Shown piece after piece: positions 1 through 22,901 of a stretch of DNA of 64,000 bases. The notes below the pieces were generated by a model that searched no databases, was not told the origin of the DNA, and worked only from the letters and a program-made list of their open reading frames with translations. The position numbers and the translations under genes are program-made. This stretch comes from Phallusia mammillata (taxonomy: Eukaryota): NCBI GenBank assembly GCA_965637545.1, contig OZ281499.1:8680001-8744000 (forward strand), given 5' to 3'. Position 1 is the stretch's first letter. Every line of letters begins with the position of its first letter.

Positions 1-159
1 AAAAAAATTTTCCAAAGTAATCCCCAATATTTGCGTGAAACATGAAATTGTCATGAAGTGCAAATAAAATGACCCACTTTTCTTCATCCTTTGGCAGGTT
101 TTCATGGTCATTTAAGAATGATTAATTAGTTACAGTTATTGGAAAAATAGATTGTTACC

Positions 160-2295
160 ATGGCTTGGACCAGTGGTGTCAATGTGTTGGACTCAATAGT
201 TCAGGATTACTTATTGCGGCGTGGTTTTAACAACACACTGAAAAGTTTGGAAACTGAAATTAAGCAAGACAAAGGATTCCAAGCTGACAAACTTCTGCAG
301 CACTTACTGTCATTCATAAGCAACCATGACATTGATGGTCTTTTAAATTACTGGAAACACCTGGAGAGAAAAATATTTTCTCTTCTTGAGCAGTCGCAAC
401 ACCAAACTGTCAAAAAGGTTGAATTAAACTTGTACCGCTTGTATTTAGTTACCTGTGTACAAAATGGAAAGATGAAAGAATGCCATGAATTTTTTGAGAA
501 ACTAACACCTGAACTCCAGTCTTTGCCTGAATGGAGGGAATGGTTTACTCTTCCTTATATTAAAAATCCTGAAATCACCAAACCTTTTACCGTTTACTTT
601 ACAAAACAATGGGCTGAAACTTTTACTTTGTCATTGTTCAACTTTCTTGGAATTGTTCTGTCAAACCTTAATCCACCAAGACTTGTGGAAATCCTTGAAA
701 AAAACAGTAAATCTAAGGCAAAGGCTAGTGCAAGGCCCACACCATCGTATGTGAAAGCTTTGGGTGTTCCTGGGTCCTTGCACACAGCACCCCAGACCGT
801 TGAACCCCAAGAAAAACGAAAGTTGCCGTTCTCTACAAAAAAGCTTTCATTGGGAATATCAAAGTCCAATAACCAGCCTAAAGAACCTCACCAGCAGGCA
901 CCAAAGCAGCAAGAACCTGAGCCAAGCAGTTCAGTAAATGTGGTTGAGAGTCGATTGAACTCAAGAGCTAAGAAGAGCAGTGGTTACCAGACCAAGCGCA
1001 AAGAGCTGTTTGGAGATTTGACCTCTACTAAAGAGTACAAGAAAGTTGAAAATTTTGAGAACAGATCTTCACCTAAGCAAGAGAGCATTTACAATGGCAA
1101 TAAAATTCAGGTTAGCCAGCAAACAAATGCAAGCCCTAAAAATGAAACTAAATCTATCCCTGACAAGTCACCATTATCATCAGTTGTAAATCAAAGTCCT
1201 AAAAACAGGTCGACTAATACAACACCTTCCACAGCTCTAGTAAGTAATGGGGGCATGACTGTAAAACAACATCCTTCAAGGCCAAACCCTACATTGACTC
1301 TGAAATCAACTGAAACCTACCAAGAACATCATTCTGCTATTGTTCAGTGCAGATTTAATCCTACTACAAGCATAGCAGCAAGCTGCGACAATGATGGCAT
1401 TGTTAAGCTTTGGCAAAATTCACCAATCACCACTATTTCAAGCCTAATAGCCAAATCACACTTTCAGTCTATTGAATGGGCAAAAAGTGCTCCAAATCTA
1501 CTGCTTCTTGGGGCTACAAATGGAATGTTAAGGGTGTATGATGCAAACACCAAGCAAACTATGTACGACACCTATCTAAATGGCGATTCAAAGTTGATAA
1601 ATCAGATTAAATGCCAACCATACTCTAATAAACTTGCATTGTCCTGTATTAATGATGAACAGAGCATGTATAATGCACCTGCCAAAATGCAAATATGGAG
1701 TTTATCAGAAAGCAAACTTTCTCTTGATGTAACTATTTCCAGTAGTAATGTGACATGTATTTGCTTTAATGATAGCGGTTCAATATTAGCAAGTGGGGAC
1801 ACTGAGGGCAATGTCACTGTATCAAGCAGCGGAAATTTTAAAGTTATCACCACCAAAAAAATTCACGCTGGGCCTGTAAATACTATTAGATTTGCAGAGG
1901 ATGGAAAACATCTTTACACCATAGGCAGTGATGGTAAATTGCGTTGCTGGAATATTCTGACACGGGATGGGATTGTTACCTTTCCTATCCACCCAATGGC
2001 TGCTGGCCCATTCGAGGTGTCTGGATTTAGTGGCTACAAACAGACACATCAACCTAGGGGAGGGCAGCTGTTTGATCTGTATGCAAGTCATGTTGTAACC
2101 TGTGACAAAAAAACACCAGTGATATACAGAACCAACATACAGACGTCTGCTTTGGATAAAGCTTTAACTTTGGATGCCCATCGAGCCCCAGTTCTTTGTG
2201 TTGATTATGTTTCCTCAAAAACTGATGCATTTTGTCTTTCTGGTTCGATGGACGGACACCTGCACCTAAGCAGAATCGATACTCAAGAAAAGTAA
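160..2295 (+). CDS. WDR91: WD repeat-containing protein 91, 711 aa, single exon
   Basis: Uninterrupted ORF. The N-terminus DSIVQDYLLRRGFNNTLKSLETEIKQDKGFQADK...EWREWFTLPY...YFTKQWAETFTLSLFNFL matches the LisH-like N-terminal block of WDR91 as I recall it. A low-complexity linker and C-terminal WD40 repeats follow (HHSAIVQCRFNP, HAGPVNTIRF, HRAPVLCVD). Confidence 0.93.
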   Translation: MAWTSGVNVLDSIVQDYLLRRGFNNTLKSLETEIKQDKGFQADKLLQHLLSFISNHDIDGLLNYWKHLERKIFSLLEQSQHQTVKKVELNLYRLYLVTCVQNGKMKECHEFFEKLTPELQSLPEWREWFTLPYIKNPEITKPFTVYFTKQWAETFTLSLFNFLGIVLSNLNPPRLVEILEKNSKSKAKASARPTPSYVKALGVPGSLHTAPQTVEPQEKRKLPFSTKKLSLGISKSNNQPKEPHQQAPKQQEPEPSSSVNVVESRLNSRAKKSSGYQTKRKELFGDLTSTKEYKKVENFENRSSPKQESIYNGNKIQVSQQTNASPKNETKSIPDKSPLSSVVNQSPKNRSTNTTPSTALVSNGGMTVKQHPSRPNPTLTLKSTETYQEHHSAIVQCRFNPTTSIAASCDNDGIVKLWQNSPITTISSLIAKSHFQSIEWAKSAPNLLLLGATNGMLRVYDANTKQTMYDTYLNGDSKLINQIKCQPYSNKLALSCINDEQSMYNAPAKMQIWSLSESKLSLDVTISSSNVTCICFNDSGSILASGDTEGNVTVSSSGNFKVITTKKIHAGPVNTIRFAEDGKHLYTIGSDGKLRCWNILTRDGIVTFPIHPMAAGPFEVSGFSGYKQTHQPRGGQLFDLYASHVVTCDKKTPVIYRTNIQTSALDKALTLDAHRAPVLCVDYVSSKTDAFCLSGSMDGHLHLSRIDTQEK

Positions 2296-4055
2296 AATTA
2301 TAGTAGACACCCAGTTTTTCTTCTCACATTTACTACATGTGCAATATTTTAGCAATTGAAATTCCTTGTATTTGATTGCATCTTTGATAGGGTTGAATTT
2401 CTTTGCTTTTGCTTTTTTAATTTAAAGCATAAACAAATTTTGTGCAGTCAACCACAATGTATATGGATTGATTGGCAGGGTCCCAAAGATTCCTTTTTTG
2501 CATCGTAATTCGACAAATGTTCTGGACTATATTCTTGTAAAAAAGTTCCAACAACAAATAACTGAAACACAAAGCTGCAGTAAAAAGGTCTGCTACATTT
2601 TTTTGCTTGCTGCTGACTTCAGCCTATTTCAAACAGAAAACTTGATGACCAATGCTTACATTTAAATTGCTGTCTTGTGGAATTTACAGTGCCATTCGCC
2701 AATAATGTGCTTGTTAAGGCATTTCTGCAGTGGCTGTGCAAATAAGTTAAATGACTATTATCTAAAAGGTTTGCCTATCAACAAGTTTTAAACTCAAACC
2801 ACTTAGAGTATTTCTGTAAAGTTGATATTTCTATAAACCCTGGGTTATGTAAATCTGGTTAAAACTGCTCACATTTTTTTATCCAAATTCAGGCATGTTT
2901 TTTTTGTGTAGGAGGACCAAACACTCCCAATACGTTATGCTACATTAGTAACTGTAGCTCAGTTGAATGTATGGCCTTTCTTGAAAACCTTCATGAGAAC
3001 ATAGATGTGTGATTTCAGTGTTACAACAAAAAATAATACAGGAGCAAATGTATTTCTTCATTTAACGCACATTAACCTAATCAAGTGATTTTCTTTATTA
3101 TATCTATTGTTGCAAATTACATTCAAACGTTTTTTTTATATTTATTCTATGTGCATAATACCTGATGAACATTGTAACAGGCACTGCTGCTTGCTTCTAT
3201 TTATTTGCCGCCAAAATATATTTCTCGCCTATTAAATATATAATCATTTTAGTGGTAAAGTGATCAATTTGTTTTCCAACATTGTCACTGTCCTATGCAC
3301 TCTGTGTGATATTTACATGTGATTAAAACATAAGGAATCAATATTTAAAAGGATTTTTGTTGAAACTTGTGCCTGGGTAATAGGATAAAAAAACACAGGG
3401 CACATCAGAGAACAATTTCAGTTGACACTGAATCATTGATAGAATCCATACATCACTCTCCCCGCCGTCCAAAAAAATGTTTTCCGGAGAAGATTGATCC
3501 AGTCTGATACAATAAAAAAACATTTGTGGACTAACATACAGGTGGCTATTGACATAAATACTAAATAGAATGGTACATTGTTGCCTGGAATGGTCAAAGC
3601 TGGGTCCAAAAATTGCCATCATATGAAGTTGAATCGAATTAAAATTGTTATGCGTCCCGAATTTTCGACATTGAAGATGTTGATAAACTCGTCGAGCTCG
3701 TCGCCTGCATGGGTACAAAAGTTGTATTTAGTTTCTCGTATACCGTCATACAACCGTTCGTATGTTGCTCGTAAAGGTTTTGCCTACTTATATCGGAGAA
3801 GGCGATAGCAGCGTGCAGGCAATGGTCAAAGCGACGTAAAATCCAACCGCAACTTTTTATTTTGAACAAGCGGGTTTTGCAGTTACTACAATATAGTGGA
3901 ACAGCTTGTTCAGCTACCTCTCCTTTAAGGGCGTGTCGTAAAATTCATCCAACATGGTTCCGAGTTTATTTGAAGGTAGGCTACGGCACGTTTCGATTTT
4001 TGACATTTGGTACGGTACGCCCTTCGTAACGAGGTACGGTCAACGCAATACTTAC

Positions 4056-4150
4056 CGTAACGTACATTCTTGCCCGATACTGACCAACGTACAGACTTAA
4101 AAAATCTGATCGGGAGTGATCCTCGGGAGCGTCCTGGGTTCAAAATCCGT
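4056..4150 (+). mobile_element. tRNA-derived SINE head fragment, family B
   Basis: B-box-like GGGTTCAAAATCC. About 60 nt align with the reverse complement of 41772-41840. Confidence 0.55.
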
Positions 4151-5593
4151 GAAAAAAATATACCCCGGACTGGATAATTTTTTTTAGCTTTGCAGTTTGT
4201 CCTTCTTTGAAGTTTATACCCACATCAAATCTGCAGACAAATATTTAAAAACGCGCCTCATAGTCATAATATAGTTAGGCTACCAATGCACATAATGCAT
4301 TACCATGGTTGGTTTTAGTGTTGTGAAAACTATTTTCAAATCTAGCATCGAAAAAGCTTCGATATTCGATATAACAAAGAACTGGGCTTTTTTCAAAGAT
4401 TTAAATTGTTTTTCAGTTTGGATAAAAGTGTCTGAACTTATGACTGGAGCGCCAACGACGTTTAAAGATGTTGGCAACTTCTTTGTAATTAAAATAAGAA
4501 CAAAACAGCTTTTAAATTTCCTCTACATCTTTGTTCTTTAAAGTAAAGGCGTACTTGTGGGTTGCGCTCCAACGATTGTAAAATTGTTTTAGAGTTTTTT
4601 TTTATTGAGGACTTTTTATTTTTATTCTTAACAAGCAAGCTACATAAAACCTGCCGCCTGGTAGCGCTCTGGAGTTACAAACAGTTACGATATTGCCAAG
4701 AAAAATTCCACAGAGGTTGGGTCCAATTTTAATCAATACGGTTTGTCCTTCTTTTAAACTTAACCGGACCATATCTAAAAAATCAATAACTCTACTGCGT
4801 TCCTTGTTATGTAGCTACCGTAGCGCATAGGGCTGGTTCCGGTATTAGTGTTATAAATGCCCTTAACAATGTACATTCACAAAGCACCACCAGACCATAG
4901 ACGGCAACTGAACAAGTTAATCGAACTGTTTAGCATTCCTGGGCTTTAAAAATACATTATAATTTGTCGCAATGTATAGCAGCTTTTTTAGGTGCTTAGT
5001 GTGAAGAGCTATATACGTTGTAGTTTAACGTTATACTATACAGTGACCACACATCTGGGTTTAAGAGGCTCCTGTTTGTCTTACGTTATGTCGTTAAGCA
5101 AAACATTGCAACTAGCTGGGCAAATAAATTAATGCGTAACGCTGGTAATTACCCTCACTGGAAAGGCGGAATTGTTTTTGCAAAATTCCGTTTTCTGAAA
5201 GACGAAAATTTATGTGACGTAGGTAGTTTCGTAAACACAGCAGGAACCGTTGCCTATGGAATATAAACCGATGTTTGCTTGTTTTTTATGCTTGACAGAC
5301 ACCATACGGGAAATTTTCCTCTATATGTTTTTTAGTATTTATAAGATCGTAGGCTAATAAAACAGATTAAAGCAGCGTACAGTGCAAATTTTGTTCAAGG
5401 TGGAAGCACAGAAGGATACATTTTTAGATCGTTTTTTGATTAAACTTGTCTCGTTGAGATGTTAGACCGTAGAAAAAGGAAACTTAATGAAGTCCGTTCT
5501 AAAAGATTACCAGTGGATCTACGTGTAGAACAGCGTTTCTGCCTAGAAGTTGTTGCTCTGACAACGTTTAAACAATTTGGCCATAGTCATAAC

Positions 5594-5746
5594 CAGGTTT
5601 TTTTTAAGGTTTGGTTTGGGTGACCGCTAAGTAGTTTTAAGAGACCGCAAGTGTTTCATTTAAATACCAAAAAATAGCCATATTTGCTTAAACGAATAAT
5701 TTTGGGAAAACGGTGGAGAAATTTGAAACACCTTAAAAAAACACTG
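5594..5746. mobile_element. hAT-type MITE, 153 bp
   Basis: CAG...CTG ends, imperfect TIR (CAGGTTTTTTTTAAGG / CCTTAAAAAAACACTG) and exact 8-bp TSD GTCATAAC (5586-5593, 5747-5754). Confidence 0.8.
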
Positions 5747-7220
5747 GTCATAACTTTGAAGTTATATCTTATTTATTCAAAATCCAGGTGGAGTTTAAAT
5801 AGTATTAAAGGGGCCACGCAAATATAAACGCACAAAAATGACTAAAGACAACAAAAACGATTTGGTTTCTCATTTAGTCAATAAGTTGCAAAGGTAAAAG
5901 AAAAAATGGCGAGTTTCATTCATTATAATGAATTTTAAATAAATTACGCACTGTTTTTCCGCTTTGCTTTAAGTCCACTTGTGGCGTTGACATTTAGCAA
6001 AGCGACTCCTAACTTCCCGTTTCGATTCAGCTCGAGCCCTGTCCTGAAAAGTCGAGAATGCGTGGGCGGATTCCGTTGCTTTGAAGTGCTGTTTTTGAAG
6101 CCTTCGTGCTCAGGCTTGTACTCGATGTGAGTGTTGTTATGTGGCCAGCTAGAGCGGTACTCGAATGTTTTTACCCCACTGAGCAATGCCGTTGCTATTT
6201 GGTCCGCGTGACAATGACATCAATGCACAGCAAGACCAATTTTGCAAGTTTTTTTTAAGTAGCTTCAATGCAAATTCATTAGTAGTAACACCGCAATTTT
6301 TCCGTGACCAAATGACCAATTATTGCCTAGAATGTAGTGTTGGGTTATAGGAAGCATTGTAGGCACATCTCAGCACAATCATACCAAATTTACCATCTTT
6401 GTAAGTTTACAAAACGGAGTAAAATTGCTTCACGCGAAATAAACAACAAAACTCGAGCCCAAAATAAAACAAACAGACTCATCACAAAAGCAACGGTTTG
6501 TTAAACAACCAACTCGTTCGTAAACAGATGTGATACATTTAATGCCATTTAGGATGTGGTTATAGAAAGCTCAATGGATATTAAACATGAAAGCTTTTGT
6601 CTGTCGTCGTGTTTATGGGTGCAAATGTAATCGCTCCTGTGGGGCAATTTCCTCAGCTTTTAACACCCACGCACGCCAAACCCATGACAGCAGTAAAGTG
6701 TATGGAGGCAGAACTTTGAACCGAAAGCCACAGGCCCTCAAAGCGCAACCGATTTATCGCTTGAAAAACAAATACGTCTGCGTTAAAGTGTACGACATAA
6801 CAATCACTGTCTGAATTAGCATCTGCTAAATTTTCGGCACAAAAAATAACTTGTCAATTTAGTAAGCTTTATGTTTTGGAATGAATGGAAACTTTTGAGC
6901 GTTTTTACTCGATCGAACAATTACATGTTAGTTACCAAGCACAGCGGGTTGCTACAGAAGAAAACCCAAGCCTGACGCATCCCTTCAATGTCTGTTTACT
7001 CCCGACGGTGTTTGTCCAGACAGAAAAGGAGCGATCAAATATCAGTGTGGGAAAGTAAGTCAGTGAATTGCTATTTGGTTGTTCAGAGTAAGTCATTCAG
7101 GACCTCAAAGAGTAGTAATTTATATTCCCCAACCGGCTTTCCAAGTCAGATATAAAAACAAGTCGCAATATTTGGTTTTCGCACTATGTGGCGAGTTGTT
7201 TTGATGCACAGCGAGGGTTA

Positions 7221-7245
7221 ATGACGTCATGTATTCATCACGTGA
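7221..7245. promoter_or_regulatory. CRE palindrome plus E-box cluster upstream of IPPK
   Basis: ATGACGTCAT at 7221-7230 and TCACGTGA at 7238-7245 in a CpG-rich stretch. Motif match only. Confidence 0.35.
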
Positions 7246-8456
7246 CGGTCGACGTGTGGCAGGTCACACAGGTTTGCGATGGCCTGTGCTATTGACATGT
7301 ATTTACGCTTAACGTATGAGGGTGGTACGGTTTATGAGTCATTTACCCACAGTGTTGTTTACTATTAAGTATTAGCCCAAATTTGATGGCCACACAAAAC
7401 AAAGTATTAGTCATGAATTTATTCGAAATTTAACCATCGTATTGGGTGTAGCCACTGCCTTAACGAGGCAAAAAAATGAGTGAATTTCCATCAGTTGGAC
7501 ACTTGTTGATTTGTAAAAGGGTCGATCCATTGTTATCAAGCCGGCTTTTGTTGGTATAACAAACCGATACCGTACCGTGTTAGTTACGTGTTCGTAATGC
7601 CAGCTAGATGTTCACTGGCAATCAAGTCAACAAATGGCCACAGTAATTAGCATTATCGCTCTTGAATTTCGATCACTCTTGAACAATTAAGAACACTTCA
7701 ATGAAATAGTTGGGTAACAATTCTATGTTTTGGTTGTATTTGCAAATATCTGTTTGTTATGTTAAACGCTTTGCTAATAGCAGTATATAGAACAAGTAGG
7801 CTTATTGCGTCATGCAAAGGAATGACGCAATTGACCGACAAATGCGAGTGAAGGTTGAATCACGTGAGGGAAGAAGTTTACAGCCATTGCGAGCCGAACA
7901 TAAACGTTTAAGCAAAGTTTGCAGCCCAATCCAAGGGGAGTGAAGTACCGCATCGGCGTAGCAAAAGTGCCCTCGATTGAAAAGAAAAACGCGACAACAA
8001 TGGTACCTCAAAATGTACGCGACATTCCTGTTTTACGTTTTTAGGAGAATAGAATTTTCTTCCGGCTTTTTATTACGTCAGGAAAAAAATTAAAATTTTT
8101 CCGCAACACCAAGGTAATTTTGTTCATAGAAAAGCATATTTTTGGAATATAATGTTTTCAAACAAAAACGAAATTGCTCTTTGTGATTGATATGTGTTAA
8201 ACCGACATGGCCTGATTTCCTATCCAAATTTGATAGTACAGGACCCAAATAGATTGTCTTTTTTTCTTAAATCCATGTTTCTGTTGCTGCGGATTTGAAG
8301 TTCGGATTTCCGAACAGTTCCGAACAAAGCATTACCGAGAACGATTCGCCGAGTGTAGCTGTTAGCTGAGCTGTTGTCAGTTGTCGTCCGGCTTTAAAGT
8401 TAGGCAAATCGTGGACATGCTAGTTGGCAACAAAAGAAATGGAACAATGAACAATA

Positions 8457-10048
8457 ATGGAGGTGTGCGACCCGCTGGAATGGAAGTACCGGGCCGAAGG
8501 TAACAAGCACATTGTTGTAGGGAACGACAAAGGCAGAGTGCTTCGGCTACAGAAGAAATCGCCATACATTCAGAATGGCGACCCGTCAAAAGAAACTGTT
8601 GATATCGAAGACAACCTAGCCGAGGTTCTGAGATTTCAAGAATTCGTTGCCTTGCCGTTGATTAGAAACAGTGACGCTTGCCACATTCCAAAGCAAGTCG
8701 ATGTTTCCCCTGATTTTGTCAGGAAGCTGAGTTCAAGTATTGAAAGTCAGAGGCCTGAAAGTCGTAGGCACAAAAGTGTTCAACATGCTACTAGTGCTCT
8801 TTTGATGTTCGACCATTGTTACATACCAAAAGAATCTGTTAGAAGTCAATTAAAGCATCTGGGTGACATTTCTTTAGATAGCGATACCTACAGTGTTGAA
8901 ATTAAACCGAAACGTGGATTTATTTTGCCTTCAGGTAGTGAAGGAACTCTACCTGCTTTGTGCCAATTCTGTCACACACAGTTATATAGAGTACAATTTG
9001 AAAAGAGATTCACAGATTGCTCCAATTACTGCCCTGTGGATTTATTTTCTGGGGATATCAATAGAATGAAAACTGCCATTAGAGGTTTACTTAATGCCCC
9101 ACAAAATAATTTTCGTATTTTCAAGAATGGAAAATTGGCATATGGGCAGGAGGTGATAAAGCAAAACGGTGCACGGACATCGCCTAGCAAGCGAAATTTG
9201 TACAGAAAATCCTTTCTCACTCAGTTATTGGTTCCTTTTATATGCGGAAACGGCACTGTGTTATCATCTAGTGAGATATGCTCAACATTTATCAGCATGA
9301 TTTGTGAAGCTTTGATGTTGCCGGTCATCAAAAAGCTAAAGAATTCATCTGAAGATGTTAACCGCAGTACTCAGGGCTCAGTGTGCAAACGACGGCACTT
9401 AGGTCATCCTAATGGTGTTCAAAGTCAGCTAACTGAGCAAGGGCCCAACATTTTGCCAAATAACTCAATTATGGGATTAATCCTAAATGCACAAAAGATA
9501 AATTCAAACTCAATAAGTGAAGTCAATGATTTGTACAAGCTTCTCAAAGATAAAAGCAAACTGCAAAACAACTTGGATAGTGGAATTGTTATTGATGCTC
9601 CATATACCTCACATCACTGGCAAAAGTTTGTACAGGCTCAAAGCAGTGATGATGGTACAAATAACTCTATGTAAGTCACTATTGTAACACATAAGTAACG
9701 CACATAATTGTGCAGAAGTTTTAATTGCAAGTTTTTTTGTTTTTCAGGGATGAAGCTGTTACAAAAGTGCGAAAGTTTCTTGTGTCTAAATCATTCTGTG
9801 ATTGCTCCATTATGATATCAATGCGAAAAATCACTTGTACAAAACAAATGCCAGTTCCTTCCAAAGCCCAGAAGCTCACAGCCCAATGCAACACGATTCA
9901 AGACCAATTTGGAAATGTTTATGTTGTGTCAATCGCAGTTGTTGACCTCGACCCAAAATCCTCAACCCGAATCCCGTTTTATCATCAGTTTAACCAGAAG
10001 CTCGTTGAGTGGTGGAAGACACTGCAGTATCGCCAAGATATGGTATAA
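8457..10048 (+). CDS. IPPK: Inositol-pentakisphosphate 2-kinase, join(8457..9670,9748..10048), 504 aa
   Basis: IPK1-family motifs WKYRAEGNK, VEIKPKRGF, CQFC, YCPVDLFSG, QNNFRIFKNG, DCSIMIS and VVDLDPK. A 77-bp GTAAGT...TTTTCAG phase-2 intron joins the two supplied ORFs in frame. Confidence 0.92.
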
Positions 10049-11678
10049 TGTGGATTTTGTGCAGTACTATTTAATGCAATTTGATGTAAACTTATTTAAA
10101 AAAATGTTTTTCATCAGATAGGTTTATGCAGTTTTTGTCTGTTTTCTCAGTCACAGCCTATTTAGTTTTTTTTTCTAAATTCAGAAAGAAAACTTGTTTC
10201 ACAAATGCGATATCGTTTTTTTGTTGTGTAGTGTTTTCTATAAGTTTTCATGTGCAATGGTCGATTATTGATTGCCTTAATTCGAATGTTCTGTGTGAAT
10301 GCTGCCTGCTAGCCAAAAATTTTACAAACGGTGTTATTTTTCAAGTGGTAGTAGTTACCACAAAGACTCCGACACCCTTTGTGAAGTGGTGATCGGATTT
10401 CCTTTTTGTTGATCAGTTGTTATTTGTGATGCCCTCTTCAGATTACAATGAAAGCTACTTAATAGCTATGATAAAAGGCAATTAGGTTTATTTACCATCC
10501 AAAAAAATTCCCATGCTTTTTACATATACTTGTGCGGCGGTATCTGATAAAGTCTAATTGTAAAGGAAACCTCATGAATGGTCTGTGTTTTTGTTATGTT
10601 GTATAAGTTGCAACTATTGGTGTTTATTTATTTGAAAAAAAAATGTGTCAAAAAGCTGCTAAAAATTCCTCAAACTCAAAATCACATCTATAACAGTGTT
10701 TGCTGAAATTTTCCACCAATACTATCAATTTTCAGCTAAAAAACTGCATTCTTCTAATGCGTATTTATTTTGTTGATTGAAGAGCAACTTTTATTTTGGT
10801 TTAAAATATTTGCTTTGCTCACTGCACTCATGCAAAGAATCATGAGTTTACCTGTATATACTATGTATATTATGGGGTTGTATGCTGCTTTATGCAGAGC
10901 TTAGAGTTCTACATGCACATAGTCTGAAATAAATACCATTGGATATAGATGCTTAGCACTTTATTGACCACTTCGTCTTGCCATTCTAGCTTTGCTTTTG
11001 AAATACACTGTATAACCAATCAATCATCTAATTGTACTAAACCAATATCCATGTCATAAAATATTGGCCATGAAAATAATCGACGAGGCAAAAGCCTTGA
11101 GCATTAAAATGTCCATTGACCTTAATATCAGTGTTTATGAACAGTTATGCATTACTTGAAATGTTTCCATTAAGAAAACTTGTCCGTCCACATAAATTTT
11201 TGAATATGCTTTTTGGTATTGTTGTCCAGTGGTCTTGTGAAATATTTGCTTAACTGAATTACTGGGCTTGTTTTAAAGCCATATATTCCAAATTCCATAA
11301 ACAACTGCATTTTTTTCTATGCCTTGAAGTACTAACAACTGTTGTTTACTAAACTAAAGTATGTTTTATTTATTGTGGCTGAGATGTTTTGTGTAGGTGT
11401 ATACTCAAGTCCACATTTTTCACTAAAAAACCTGTGATTTTCTGACATTTTGTGCTGTTGTACTACTTCTCTGGGAATTGATGTTTCCACAGAAATGCAT
11501 CCAAAACTGCTCATTATTCCTCTTCTTTACTGTGTTAACCTTTATTTCATTGCATTTTGTTTGCACCGTTTCGACGATCAAATTTATCACCCAAGTTTTG
11601 TTATATTCCAGAAACAATAACTGTACAAACTGACCATGAACAAAATTAAGTGTGTGTTGTAAATAAAACTCTGTTATC

Positions 11679-22901
<11,223 letters not shown>

